A stretch of DNA of 64,000 nt from Octopus vulgaris. Its lineage: Eukaryota. How positions within the stretch are numbered: the first letter of the stretch is position 1; the number at the start of each line of letters is the position of its first letter. Below the pieces are notes generated by a model. It was not told the origin of the DNA. It ran no database searches and worked only from the letters and a program-made list of their open reading frames with translations. The DNA lies in NCBI GenBank assembly GCA_951406725.2, contig OX597819.1:115444001-115508000 (forward strand), in the 5' to 3' direction. Positions 14,524-26,364 of this stretch are shown here, piece by piece. A program made the position numbers and the translations under genes.

Positions 14524-15041
14524 CTGGGAAAAAAAAAAAAAATATATATACACACACAGTGATATACACAAGACTTGTAAATGTCACATTCTAAACAATT
14601 TATTGAAAGGCAATTAGGGGAAAATGTCAGAAAGAAAGAAATAATATGGAATTAAAGAGCTGAATGTATCTCAAATCACAACCTGCCATCTTAAAAAACA
14701 AATGGTGCAAACAGTGTAGTTCTAGACAGAAGGTGACGTGGGGGTGGAGAAAAATGATGGAAGGGTTACAACTGGAAAAACCTGTGACAGGAAACCTGCT
14801 TGACCTGAACCACCCAGGCTAAATAAACATGTTTTAAAGTTTCTAAGTGATAGTCATTTGACATTTATATTTCAGTTCACTGTCTGCCTCCTTAACAAAC
14901 AAACAAACAAGAAAAAAAAGGGAAACTACTCTAAAAGAGATGAAACTTTATAAAATTACTTTCTAGATATTGAAATGAAAAAACAGTAGTAGTAATTGAG
15001 CAATAAACAACCCCGACAGCACTATCAAAACAAGAACAAGA

Positions 15042-15275
15042 AGGCAGCGAGCTGGCAGAACCGTTAGCACGCCGGGCGAAATGCTTAGCGGTATTTCGTC
15101 TGCTCTTTCGTTCTGAGTTCAAATTCCGCCGAGGTCGACTTTGCCTTTCATCCTTTCGGGGTCGATTAAATAAGTACCAGTTACGCACTGGTGGCGATGT
15201 AATCGACTTAATCTGTTTGTCTGTCCTTCTTTGTCCCCTCTGTGTGTAGCCCCTTGTGGGAAGTAAAGAAATAAG
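15042..15275 (+). mobile_element. SINE family B with Nin/Deu-like core (representative copy)
   Basis: ggcagcgagctggcagaa..gagttcaaattcc..gcctttcatcctttcggggtcgat..gtaccag. Other copies about 4090-4310, 6780-7170, 9638-9850, 11400-11832, 35749-35982, 48445-48662, 51660-51867, 52033-52223. Confidence 0.85.
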
Positions 15276-16304
15276 AACAAGAACAGCAGCCACCACCACC
15301 ACCATTTTAATGTCCCCTTTTTCATACTTGTATGGGTGACGGGATTCTTTGATGCATATTTACTATGACTGGATGCCCTTCCTGTTGATAGCCTTCACCT
15401 GCTTCCACGCAATGTAATATATCCCCAGGGTCAGACATGATTTCCACAGAAAAATGGAAATGAAGAACACTGCTTGTATAACAGTGACACTCATTTACAA
15501 CTATCACATGGTGTCAAGACAAGAAAACCCTAACACACATTACACACAATGAGCTTCCGGTTTTTACATATCAAATTCACTCACAAGCTAATGGTTGGCC
15601 AAGAGTCGTAGTGAAAAACACTTGCCCAAAGTGCCACACAGCCAGGCTTGCATCATCATCATCATCGTTTAACGTCTGTTTTCCATGCTAGCATGGGTTG
15701 GACGGTTCGACTGGGATCTGGGAAGCCAGGAGGCTGCACCAGGTTCCAATCTGATCTGGCAAGGTTTCCACAGCTGGATGCCCTTCCTAATGCCAACTAC
15801 TCCATGAGTGTAGTGGGTGCTTTTTTGCGTGCCACCGGCACAGTTGCCAGGGGAGGCTGGCAACGGTCATGTTTGGTTGGTACTTTTTACATGCCACCGG
15901 CATGGAAGCCAGTCAAGGCGGCACTGGCATCGAGCATGTTTGGATGGTGCTTTTTACGTGCCACCAGCACAGGTATCACAACTACAATTTCCATTTGATT
16001 TTTATTTTGATGTTGATGTACTTGACTCAATAGGTTTCCTCAAGCAGAGCAGGTCGCCCTACGATCCAAGGTAAGCACAGCAGGCCGTCCTGCGATCCAA
16101 GGTACTTTGGATGGGCTGGGGCTGCTATGTGAAGCTGGTGCATCATGTGTGTAAAAAAAAAAACAGAACAGAAATAAGAACAGATATACAAAACAAAAGA
16201 GCAATGCATTTACATAACAGAGTTAGCAACAATGTACAAAAGAGCAAATACAAGCAGATACACAAAACTGCAGCAGTAAATAGGGGTACAGAGCAATGAC
16301 AATG

Positions 16305-16532
16305 TTAACCCTTTCATTAACGTATTTATTTTGAGATGCTCTGTGTTTGTTTAAATTATTTTGAATATAACAAACAATTTAATAAAATAACTCAGTTATC
16401 TTTCAGCTAGTGTTAGGAACATAAATTGTGACTAAGGTTTGGTGGAAGATTTTAATTCAAAACTTATGAAAACAAGACATTTGTACTCAGAGCCAGAGCC
16501 GGTTTCAGCCAGGTTGGTAACGAAAGGGTTAA
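16305..16532. mobile_element. piggyBac-type MITE (TTAA-CCC..GGG-TTAA)
   Basis: TTAA TSD and CCCTTTC/GAAAGGG ends; same family as 21264-21476 and 21493-21720. Confidence 0.85.
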
Positions 16533-17300
16533 TAGGAAGCAATACAAGCTACAGAGAACTTAGTCTAGCTGTACAACACCAGCATAGAGGTGAGAACAAT
16601 CCTGTCACTCTGTATGCTACACTGTAGAATCATTGGAAAGAGTAATCTACTGTTCTTGTGTTGATGACTTCAGGTCAAAGACATTCCTGCTGTGAACGTC
16701 CCAACTTTATTTCAACAGTGTGTCAAATAATGCAAAACCTATGACGTACTTCCTAAACCTCAGGTTTGTATTTGCTGGAGAAGAACCTGACAAGAGACCC
16801 TCAGCAACAACAACAAAAAGAACAGCAGCCACAAGCTTGAAAACCTGAAACAAAGGAGTTCCTATGGTGTAACTCAACCTGTTAGAAATAGCAGTCAAAT
16901 ATCCCACATTACATATCCTACCCTCTTCAAAAACAGGCACATCGGACAATATACTCTTAGGTACACTACATTATAGGTTTACTCAATCAAGGCAAATTTG
17001 AAATTAAACAACTGCAAAACAATAGGAGCCAAAGAGTGAACCTCTATGCGATAGCATGACCTGGTAGAAATAGCAGCTAAATTGTAATCAAATCATACAC
17101 TTCTGTCCTTTAAAAAACATACACATTGTAATAATGTAGTCCTAGATACATTATGCTGAAATAATATTGGGATGGTCACAGTCAGAGCAACAAAAGAACA
17201 GTGATAGATATATAAAGAACAGTGGATATACCCACCACAAATGTAACAAAAACAAAAGGAATAAGTAACACACATTTCTCAAGAGAGTTGAATGACTTAC

Positions 17301-17401
17301 TTGCCAGAAGGATTGACAGCCAGAGCTGTTACTGGAGAATCACCACACTGGACATCAAGGACAGGTTTTCTTTTATTTGCACTTGGATCATACAGCCGTA
17401 T
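17301..17401 (-). CDS. WDR74: WDR74 coding exon 7
   Basis: IRLYDPSANKRKPVLDVQCGDSPVTALAVNPSG matches VRVYDP..QRRPV; tag/gtaagt; phase 0->2. Confidence 0.93.
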
Positions 17402-17629
17402 CTATGAAGTTAACATATAACAACCTGATGTTAGGAATCATGCTCTGTGATGTATGTCTGTATATATGGTAAAGAAAATGGATTCTCTATCAGGAGTGGC
17501 TGTGTGGTAAGTAGCTTGCTTACCAACCACACGGTTCTGGGTTCAGTTCCACTGCGTGGCACCTTGGGCAAGTGTCTACTACTATAGCCTCAGGCTGACC
17601 ACTGCGTGGCACCTTGGGCACATATTCTG

Positions 17630-18434
17630 GGGCCATTTCAAAGAATTTATGCTTCTGAGTTTTTAACTTTTACTTCAGTGCATATTCAGATTCAGGAGGA
17701 GGTTGATGTCATTTTAGAACCGTCTCATTTGATTTTCTATTATTTATACAAATTAGAGAATTATTTACGCATTTTTTTTTCCCTCAAAATTTAGATATAT
17801 TCAGCAATCATGAAAGCGATTTTTCATTTCACGATCTGGAAAGCTCTGGGGATGAATTAAACACGTGTGCAAAATGCGCAGAGAAGAGAGACACTAAAGG
17901 AAAGAAGATTCGAAGAGAAAGCAGATACATGTGTGATGTCTGCAAGATAACTGTATGTAACTCCTTGTTTTAAAAATAATCATTTTAAATAAACTGTCTT
18001 TCTCATTTAAAAAAATTTTCCTTTGATTTAAAAGCAATACATCTTATAAAAAATCGAAGACAGGTAAGTTTTAAGTATGTTTTCAATGTCTGAGTTAACT
18101 CGTTTAAATCCAAATGAGTAAAAGTACATTTTAATTTCTATAATAAAAAATAAAAGAAACAAGATAAAAAATTTTTTTTTTTGTAATTAACACAGTGTAT
18201 CATCATCATCATCATTTAGTGTCCGCTTTCCATGCTAGCATGGGTTGGACGGTTCAACTGGGGTCTGGGAAGCCGGAAGGCTGCACCAGGCCCAGCCTGA
18301 TCTGGCAATGTTTCTACGGCTGGATGCCCTTCCTAACGCCAACCACTCCGTGAGTGTAATAATTCAAAAAGGATAAAAAAATATGCTCTGAAATGAAATG
18401 CTATGTCAAAATAATTGCTCCATTAAGGGGTTAA
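17630..18434 (+). mobile_element. piggyBac deletion derivative retaining the C-terminal Cys-rich domain
   Basis: 17866-17983 reads CAKC..KKIRRESRYMCDVC..VC/VTPCFK..H (PGBD zinc-ribbon pattern); ends AAGGGG-TTAA; left boundary approximate. Confidence 0.65.
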
Positions 18435-18747
18435 TAGTGAGTTAGTGAGGACAGGTAAAATCAGTATCTGACACGTGTGTGTGTGTGTGTGTAAGAGGCC
18501 TTTCTTAAGGCAAGGTACATAATCCTGTTCGCTTTAGTTTGCTTCTGTGCCAATAAGTTCTTGGGGAGGGATTGGTATTAGAAAGGACAATTTAATTAAA
18601 ACCAAACTTGTTATTATGATGATATGCAAATTGAGCCAAATATATAAAAGTCATTCAAGTTTAACACGAAGACTACATTTAAATCAAAACCTTTGAAATA
18701 AAGGGGAGAAAAAAAAACCAAACAAAACAAAACGATTTTACACATAC

Positions 18748-18849
18748 CTTACATAAATCAGTACCAGTAACGATTTTGCTAGACTGTGGAATGAAGTTAA
18801 TTGTAGATATCATAATGGGGACCCGCAAACGTAACCAATCCTCAGACAC
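18748..18849 (-). CDS. WDR74: WDR74 coding exon 6
   Basis: VSEDWLRLRVPIMISTINFIPQSSKIVTGTDLCK matches the Nsa1/WDR74 DWLDLRVP motif; aag/gtatgt. Confidence 0.93.
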
Positions 18850-18964
18850 CTTTAGAAAGGAGGAAAAATAAAACAAAAATATTAAGGAATATACACATGG
18901 ACACAAAAAGGTGCAATGAGTGCATGCAGGGTTAAGATGTTTGACCCTTAAGCACAAACACAAT

Positions 18965-19037
18965 TCACTCATTGAAGACAAAAGGAAAGGTCAATAGGAG
19001 TAGTGTGAGAGCTGCAATACTGTATGGGAGTGAGACA

Positions 19038-19089
<52 letters not shown>

Positions 19090-19510
19090 TGGCAATTTTG
19101 AGAATGATTGACAGAGCAATGGTGAGAGAAATGTGTGGTGTGAGGCTGTTTGATAAGAGGAGGACTGAGGACTTGAAGGAGATGCTGGGGTTGGAGGAAT
19201 CAGTGGAATGGCTGGCAAGGGTGGTTGGAGTGCAGTGGTATGGGTATGTGTTGAGGAAGGATGAGGAGCATGTTCTGAAGAGGGTGCTAGAGTCTGAGGT
19301 AAATGGACAGCGAAAGCGAGTTAGATGGAGGAAGATGTAGAGGGGACAGGTGGAGGAAGAGATTGGGAGGGTTGGCTAGAGAAAGAAGGAAACCCAGAAT
19401 CAGGCAAGATGGTGAGATGGTATGAGGGTGGTTGCTATGGCATTGAGGTAGATCTGGCCACCCCCCGTTAACAGGGATAAAACCCAGATTCAAAATTGTG
19501 GATGATGATG
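18965..19510 (+). mobile_element. Decayed RTE-like LINE 3' fragment interrupted by (GT)(GA)n
   Basis: KGKVNRSSVRAAILYGSET..MVREMCGV..WYGYVLR..GQRKR, GAT-repeat tail. Confidence 0.75.
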
Positions 19511-19899
19511 ATGACTGCCTAACACTTTGGACCAATGCCTTCCACAATAGGCTTGTGAAGGAAATTCAACTGATGAACACAAGAAGCTTATATACTGAAG
19601 AGATCTAATAAAACTGAAACATGTTCATTGCTTTCTTTACAGGTTTAGCCCTTTAGCATTCAGATTACTCTGTCATTGCTTTAAATGAAACAGGAATTAT
19701 CTCGAAGCTTTAAGATTCTGATTATGTGACTATTTTATTTATTTTTAAAACAATATAGTAGATATGGATAGTATCTTGCCTGGCACGCTAACGTTTCTGC
19801 CAGCCCACCACCATCGCCGATGACAACAACAACAACAACAACAATAATGACGACAATGATAATAATATTAATAATAATAATTATGAAGTAGCTACTTAC

Positions 19900-20043
19900 A
19901 TTTTTTGATACAAAGATAGGACTTGTAGGAGAATTAATGTCCCATAATTTCAAAGGGTTCTCGTTGCCTCCACTGGCAATTAAATGCGTTTGTACTGGAT
20001 CCTGTTGCACACAAGCTAAGTCAACGCCTCCAGACATTTTTAA
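19900..20043 (-). CDS. WDR74: WDR74 coding exon 5
   Basis: LKMSGGVDLACVQQDPVQTHLIASGGNENPLKLWDINSPTSPIFVSKN matches the WDR74 ATGGKENALKIWD..P.F.AKN motif; cag/gtaagt. Confidence 0.93.
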
Positions 20044-20276
20044 CTGTTGAAGAAAATTAATACAGAGAAATTTGCCATTAAATTCAGAGAGGGAGAGAGA
20101 GAGAGAGAGAAATTCATTCCCAAGTGACATGGATTTCATTTGATAAGCAAAACAAAGGTATCAGAAGAATAAACCAAATCAAATTTATTTAAAATCAGAA
20201 ATATTAAATTTCTAAATATCTTCATAGAGACATGAGCGGTGGTGGTGGAGCGATAGAGTGGTTGTATACTGTCAAC

Positions 20277-20536
20277 TTAACGTGACAGTCCCATAAGGGA
20301 ATTACACCACCGCTATTTAGCCCTAGGAAGCATCGACGCTTCCTGTTGGCCTTCACACATTTCCTGTGTCCTTATATATGCATGTCTCTAGATGCTGGCC
20401 TAGCTGTTGGGGGTGTTTGTCTCCCCTTCGTAAATATATAAGGACACAGGAAATGTGTCAAAGCTGACAGGAAGCATCGATGCTTCTTAGGGCTAAATAG
20501 CGGTGGTGTAATTCCCTTACGGGACTGTCACGTTAA
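20277..20536. mobile_element. Fold-back MITE, about 100-bp inverted arms
   Basis: ttaacgtgacagtccc..ctgtgtccttatata / tatataaggacacag..gggactgtcacgttaa. Confidence 0.8.
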
Positions 20537-21263
20537 ATTTATTTAAATAATCACAGAAAGATGAAGGGTAAAGCCAGCTCTACTAGACATGCTGGGGCAG
20601 CACGCCTTAAAGGGTTTAGTTAAACAAATCGACGCCAGTACTTATTTTATTAGTCTCTTTTGGTTATGGGAATGTAAACAAACCAACACTGGTTGTTCAA
20701 TGGAGGAGGGGACAAATAAAGAGAAAGACACACATGTCCTGATCATATGGGTATTTCCCATCAAGCTGCACCTCCACCTCTGTTCACCACCCACTACATC
20801 CACCTCTACCCTCATTTCTGATCAGCTGTTACTCTACTCTCACTCTTATAACCCTTCACTCCCTCCTTCCAACTCCTGATCCACTGTCTGCATTCCATCT
20901 GATGGTCACCTTGTTCCTTGAGGGATTTCTTCTGGCACCCCATCATTACCATCTTAATATCCTTCTAGCTACTCCCTATCACTTATATAATGCAGAATAG
21001 CCATGTATATCTTCTCTATAGCAAGACACTTGTGTTTCTCCCTCTATCATACATCAATGTCCCAACACGTGGCATAAAGCCACCTCCCCACACCATTTAA
21101 CCAAGGGGGCATTTTCCTTTTCTTGTTCTTTTCCTGAGCTGCAAGTTACTTAGCAACCTCAATAGTGTTTCTGGTACATAAAAAAAAAAGTACACACTGC
21201 AAGGTTGTTAGTGTTAGAAACAGTGTCCAGCCAGGAAAACCATGCTGAAGTTTACAACGAAGC

Positions 21264-21720
21264 TTAACCCTTTCGTTACTGTATTTATTTTGAGATGCTC
21301 TGTGTTTCTTTCAATTACTTTAAATATAACAAAGAATTTAGTAAAATAACTTAGTTATCATTCAGCTAGTGTTAGGAACATAAATTGTGACTAAAGTCTG
21401 GTGCAAGATTTTAATTTAAAACTTATGAAAACAAGACATTTGTACTCAGAGCTAGGGCTGGTAACGAAAGGGTTAAAAATATCATGGTGACTTTAACCCT
21501 TTTGTTACCATATTTCTGTTGAGATGCTCTCTGTTTCTTTCAATTAATTTTAAATATAACAAAGCATTTAGTAAAATAACTTGTTATCATTCAGCTAGTG
21601 TTAGGAACATAAATTGTGACTAAGGTTTGGTGGAAGATTTTAATTTAAAACTTATGAAAACAAGACATTTGTACTCAGAGTCAGAGCCAGTTTTAGCCGG
21701 GTTGGTAGCGAAAGGGTTAA
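21264..21720. mobile_element. Two adjacent piggyBac-type MITE copies
   Basis: 21264-21476 and 21493-21720, each TTAA-flanked, 16 bp apart. Confidence 0.85.
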
Positions 21721-23006
21721 TGTAGCCCAGCTGCTTGCTGGATCATGTTGAACTAGCCAACTCATGCAAGCATGAAAAACAGACAGTAAATAATGTTGAT
21801 GATGATAATACGGCAGGCTTCCACACAGTTTCAGTCTATCAAATCCACTCACAAGGCATCGGTTGGCCGAATGCTAGAATAGAAACACCCAAAGTGTCAG
21901 ACAATGAGACTGAACTGAAACCCATGTGGCCAGGAAGCAAGTTTTTTAACCAGACAGCCATATATAATATATAGGCACAGGAGTGGCTGTGTGGTAAGTA
22001 GCTTGCTTAATGATCACATGGTTCCGGGTTCAGTCCCACTATGTGGCACCTTGGACAAGTGTCTTCTACTATAGCCTTGGGCCGATCAAAGACTTGTGAG
22101 TGGATTTGGTAGATGGAAACTAAAAGAAGCCTGTTGTCATCATCATCATCATCATCGTTTAATGTCCGTTTTCCGCGCTAGCATGGGTTGGACGGTTCGA
22201 CCGGGGATCTGGGAAGCCAGAAGGCTGCACCAGGCTCCAGTCTAATCTGGCAATGTTTCTACAGCTGGATGCCCTTCCTAACGCCAACCACTCCGTGAGT
22301 GTAGTGGGTGCTTTTACGTGCCACCTGCACAGGTGCCAGGCGAGGCTGGCAACGGCCACGGTCAGATTGGTGTATTTTATGTGCCACCGGCACGGAAGCC
22401 AGTCGAGGCGGTGCTGGCATTGGCCACGAGTCGGATAGTGCTTTTTACGTACCACCAGACCAGGGATCCTGGCTGGTTCAATTCGATTTCGATTTTGCTT
22501 GCCCCAACATGTCTTCACAAGCAAAGGGGGTTGGCATGGGTGCCTGTCGTACGGTCGCATTGGAGTATTTTACGTGCCATATATATATATATATATATAT
22601 ATGTATATGTTTGTGTGTCTGTGATTGTCCCCCACCATTGCTTGACAACAGATGTTGGTGTGTTTATGTCTCTGTAACTTAGCAGTTTGGCAAAAGAGAC
22701 CAATAAAATAAGTACTAAGCTTACAAAGAATAAGCCGTGGGGTCGATTTGTTTGCTGAAAGGCAGTGCTCCAGCATGGCTACAGTCAAATGACTGAAAAG
22801 AATAAAAGAATACATGAGGGTTGGCAACAGGAAGGGCATCTGTTCACAGAAATCTGTTTCAATGAATTCTGTCCAACCCATGCAAGCATGGAAAAATAGA
22901 CCGACGATGATAAACAAATGAGGAAAAAAAAAACTAACAAATAACCCAGTTATTCGATGAAAATATTAGCCAATTACCTAAATAAATTAAAACTTTTCGT
23001 ACTCAC

Positions 23007-23070
23007 CACATTTTTTCCTTTTTTGGTCCATAACTTAATATCACCACTGCTTACCGCTGTTAAAATTTTT
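23007..23070 (-). CDS. WDR74: WDR74 coding exon 4
   Basis: tttgtag acceptor, KILTAVSSGDIKLWTKKGKNV (WD-repeat end), gtgagt donor; phase 2->0. Confidence 0.87.
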
Positions 23071-23322
23071 CTACAAAGAGAGAAGATAAAATCAAAAATT
23101 TATAAGCAAAATAACTGTGTCGAAGTAAATAGTTTGATATTGGGAAGTAGTGCCACACAATGACAGATTGATAATTAAGAAAAATGCATTGAAGTTTATG
23201 TCAGTTGTATTCAAAAACATTTTGAAATATAATTTTAAGCTTTAAAACATTCCATACTAATGCTTGATTGTCTTAAAGAACATTGATAATTTTGTAATTC
23301 AAAGTAATCATACATAGAATGA

Positions 23323-23548
23323 TTAAACCTTTAGCATTTCAACAGGCCATATCTGGCCAAAATAGTATCTCTGTTATATACTTAAACTAGGCAGATTCAA
23401 CCTCTCACACCTACCCTACAATGTTAGTCTAAAATAATACAACCACATAATCAAAATTTCAAGGCTACATGATAATGCAGGAAAACTTCAAAGCAATGTA
23501 AATATATATGTTACATTTGATAGAGTAATATGAATGCTAAAGGGTTAA
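23323..23548. mobile_element. piggyBac-type MITE, second family
   Basis: ttaaacctttagcatt ... gaatgctaaagggttaa. Confidence 0.65.
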
Positions 23549-23945
23549 TAAAACAAAATAATAGTTTTCTATATTTTTCAATCTATTTCACTGTGGAAGA
23601 GTCATTTTTTTAAAAAACTTTCTAAGCAAAGTGTATCAGTCATTTTAATTTAGCCTCCAATGCATGACAAAGTCAAAAAGATTAACACATCCTGGTTTCT
23701 GTACTCAAAGCATTCATGAAAGAACACCTGGAAACAAACAGTTAAGACAAACTTGATAACATTAGCTGCCAGTGAACAGGTAGCATAATACAAAATCAGG
23801 TTGGTTTGATGTACTGCAAGCCTATGCATGAATAGAAAAAGGCCTTTTATGGCAGCCATAGTCTTACTACAACATTTTATCACCTTTTTCTCACTGTGCA
23901 TAAATATCAATATTGAGAGAGTTATTGGGGGAACAAATCAAATAA

Positions 23946-24352
23946 GGATCTTTTCGGTTTGAACGGCAGTTTTTTCTCGCGGTGTCATATGAAATTGTCA
24001 CCCATAATTATGACCCTAGTATCGATCTATTGCATTTCAATCTGTTTTAGGGTTAGGGGGAAGGGTATCTTTTTTTCTTCACAAATGCAAATAAACCCAA
24101 TCTGTTTCTTAAACGAGGGACATATTCATACAGCATAGAATGTTTTTTTACCTCAATAGACGTCAGTGATTGGTTGAAATTGCAGAAATTGAAGAAAAAA
24201 AACCAACAAATATCTTACAAACTATAGAATTTTCTCAATAAAGCCAAGAGAAAAAGATGTTTTATAAACACATTCTACCAGTATACGAAGTTTAACATTT
24301 TTTAGTTACCTAGAAATTATGTTAAAAACTGCTGTTCAAACCGAAAAGATCC
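23946..24352. mobile_element. MITE with GGATCTTTTCGGTTTGAAC TIRs, 8-bp TSD, internal TTAGGG (copy 1)
   Basis: About 28-bp TIRs; flanks tcaaataa/tcaaatag; (TTAGGG)2 at 24047-24058. Confidence 0.85.
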
Positions 24353-24503
24353 TCAAATAGTTATAAGTTTATTGATCTCTCCCTTTTATATAAAGCCACA
24401 AGAAAGAAGGGGGGAGGGGGTAAGAAAATAAAATGTCATGAATAACAACAATGGTGAACCAAACATACCATAAAAGTTACTTGCATTATTATTTTTTACT
24501 TAC

Positions 24504-24625
24504 TTTTGGTATGGATGTATATTTTTAAATTTTCCCTCTCCAATATTCATCTTGACTTGCCGAGATATTTTACTAGCTTCTACATCAAAAGTTGTTATAA
24601 TGTTGTTCTGTTGTCCATAATAGAA
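24504..24625 (-). CDS. WDR74: WDR74 coding exon 3
   Basis: ttcccag acceptor, FYYGQQNNIITTFDVEASKISRQVKMNIGEGKFKNIHPYQ, gtaagt donor; phase 0->2. Confidence 0.85.
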
Positions 24626-26054
24626 CTGGGAAGAGGGAGAAATGAAGCATTACCAGTGATTTCACAGTAAACACCAAAGTAACTATTTAATAGTGAAGCT
24701 AGTGTTACAATATTTATTTCAGAGAGCATTAAAAAGAACAACTAAAAACGAAATGTGCTAAGGAAAAACGTAATATTGGTCAATGATCAGTTTTATTTTT
24801 ATTGTGCTGGTAAATATTGGGAGACAACTCTGGACATGTTTGTTTATATTATGACCTCGTCAGTGATGAATAACTTTCAAGTGACAGTGAAAGAATCAGT
24901 AAGTAAATATTTGAGATCATGCATCGTTGAAAACAAAAAGTTAGAATGTAGAAATATAAAATTACTTAGAGAATAAATAATCAGTTATTTAATGCCACCT
25001 CCCACCCTTTTTGTCACATGCTATATTCCCATCTATGTGTCGTTGACCTGTCTTGTGAATGTGAATCTTCTCTGCTTCCAACACTTTACTTCATCTCCTT
25101 ATTTTTCAACCCATGCCAGCACGGAAGATGGATATTAAATGATAATGAATTTCACCTTTTGGTATACAGCTTAAAAAAAAATTAAGAAAATGACATCTCA
25201 AAGGTTTCAAAATTGTAACTAATATATTGGTGTCTGCATGTTGTAAGAGGCAACTGAAAGGTTATTGATAGGAAGAGCATGAGGCCATCAAATATTGCCC
25301 CAGAAAACCAATTCAATCAATGCCAGGGTGGTAAAAATAAAGGTAAAAAGAAATGATGATGAGTTTAAAAGTAACTGAAATTAAAACCGTCCATCAATAT
25401 TTCATATTTTGTTCCTAACATCAACTTAATAATGACAAAGCTATTTTTAAAAAAAATTCTTCAATATTTTCAAAATGAAGTGAGACAAAAGCTGTGTATA
25501 TCAACAGAAACGAGTTAAACAATATTTGAATAGTCAATAATCATCATCATCGTTTAACGTCCGTTTTCCATGGGTTGGACAGTTCATCTGGGGTCTAGGA
25601 AGCCAGGAGGCTGCATCAGGCTCCAGTCTGATCTGGCAGTGTGTCTACAGCTGGATGCCCTTCCTAACACCAACCACTCCGTGAGTGTAGTGAGTGCTTT
25701 TTACATGCCACCAGCACAGGTGCCAGAGGAGGCTGGCAACGGCCACGGTCGGTTGCTGCCTTTTACGTGCCACCGGCACGGAAGCCAGTCAAGGCGGCGC
25801 TGGCATCGACCCAATCTTTCTACTAAAGGCACAAGGCCTGAAATTTTGGGAGAGGGGACTAGTTGATTACACTGATCCCAGTGTTTCACAGGTACTGAAT
25901 CCCTGAAAGGATGAAAGGCAAAGCCTACCTCTGTGGAATTTGACTTCACCTTTCATCCTTTTGGGGTCAATAATAATTTAATGTTTACAGTAATTTTGAA
26001 TACATGAATAATACACACATGCGTATTTAATAAATGTTAAACAGTAACACTTAC

Positions 26055-26161
26055 TTTAGTCTGTTTACGATTAAGCCAACACATGCAGGTAATTTCATTC
26101 TCCCTCTTCACCTCATTAAGCTCATTTAAGTTCCCCCATGCCCGCTCTTCGCAGTTTGCAC
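26055..26161 (-). CDS. WDR74: WDR74 coding exon 2
   Basis: ttttcag acceptor, (G)ANCEERAWGNLNELNEVKRENEITCMCWLNRKQTK, gtaagt donor; phase 1->0. Confidence 0.88.
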
Positions 26162-26364
26162 CTGAAAATTAACAAAATGAAAAATCAGCAAATATAAATA
26201 ACAAAAAGAAAGAAAGTGTCCATGTTTGTGTACAAAAAACATTTTACTGAGGCTTGGAACCATTGAAGAAACAAGCAACACACAACAGTGCTTTGACTTG
26301 ACCAGAAATTCATAAGATTTGAGGTCAACTGCTGTATATTACAAAATAATCTTGAAATTCTAAC

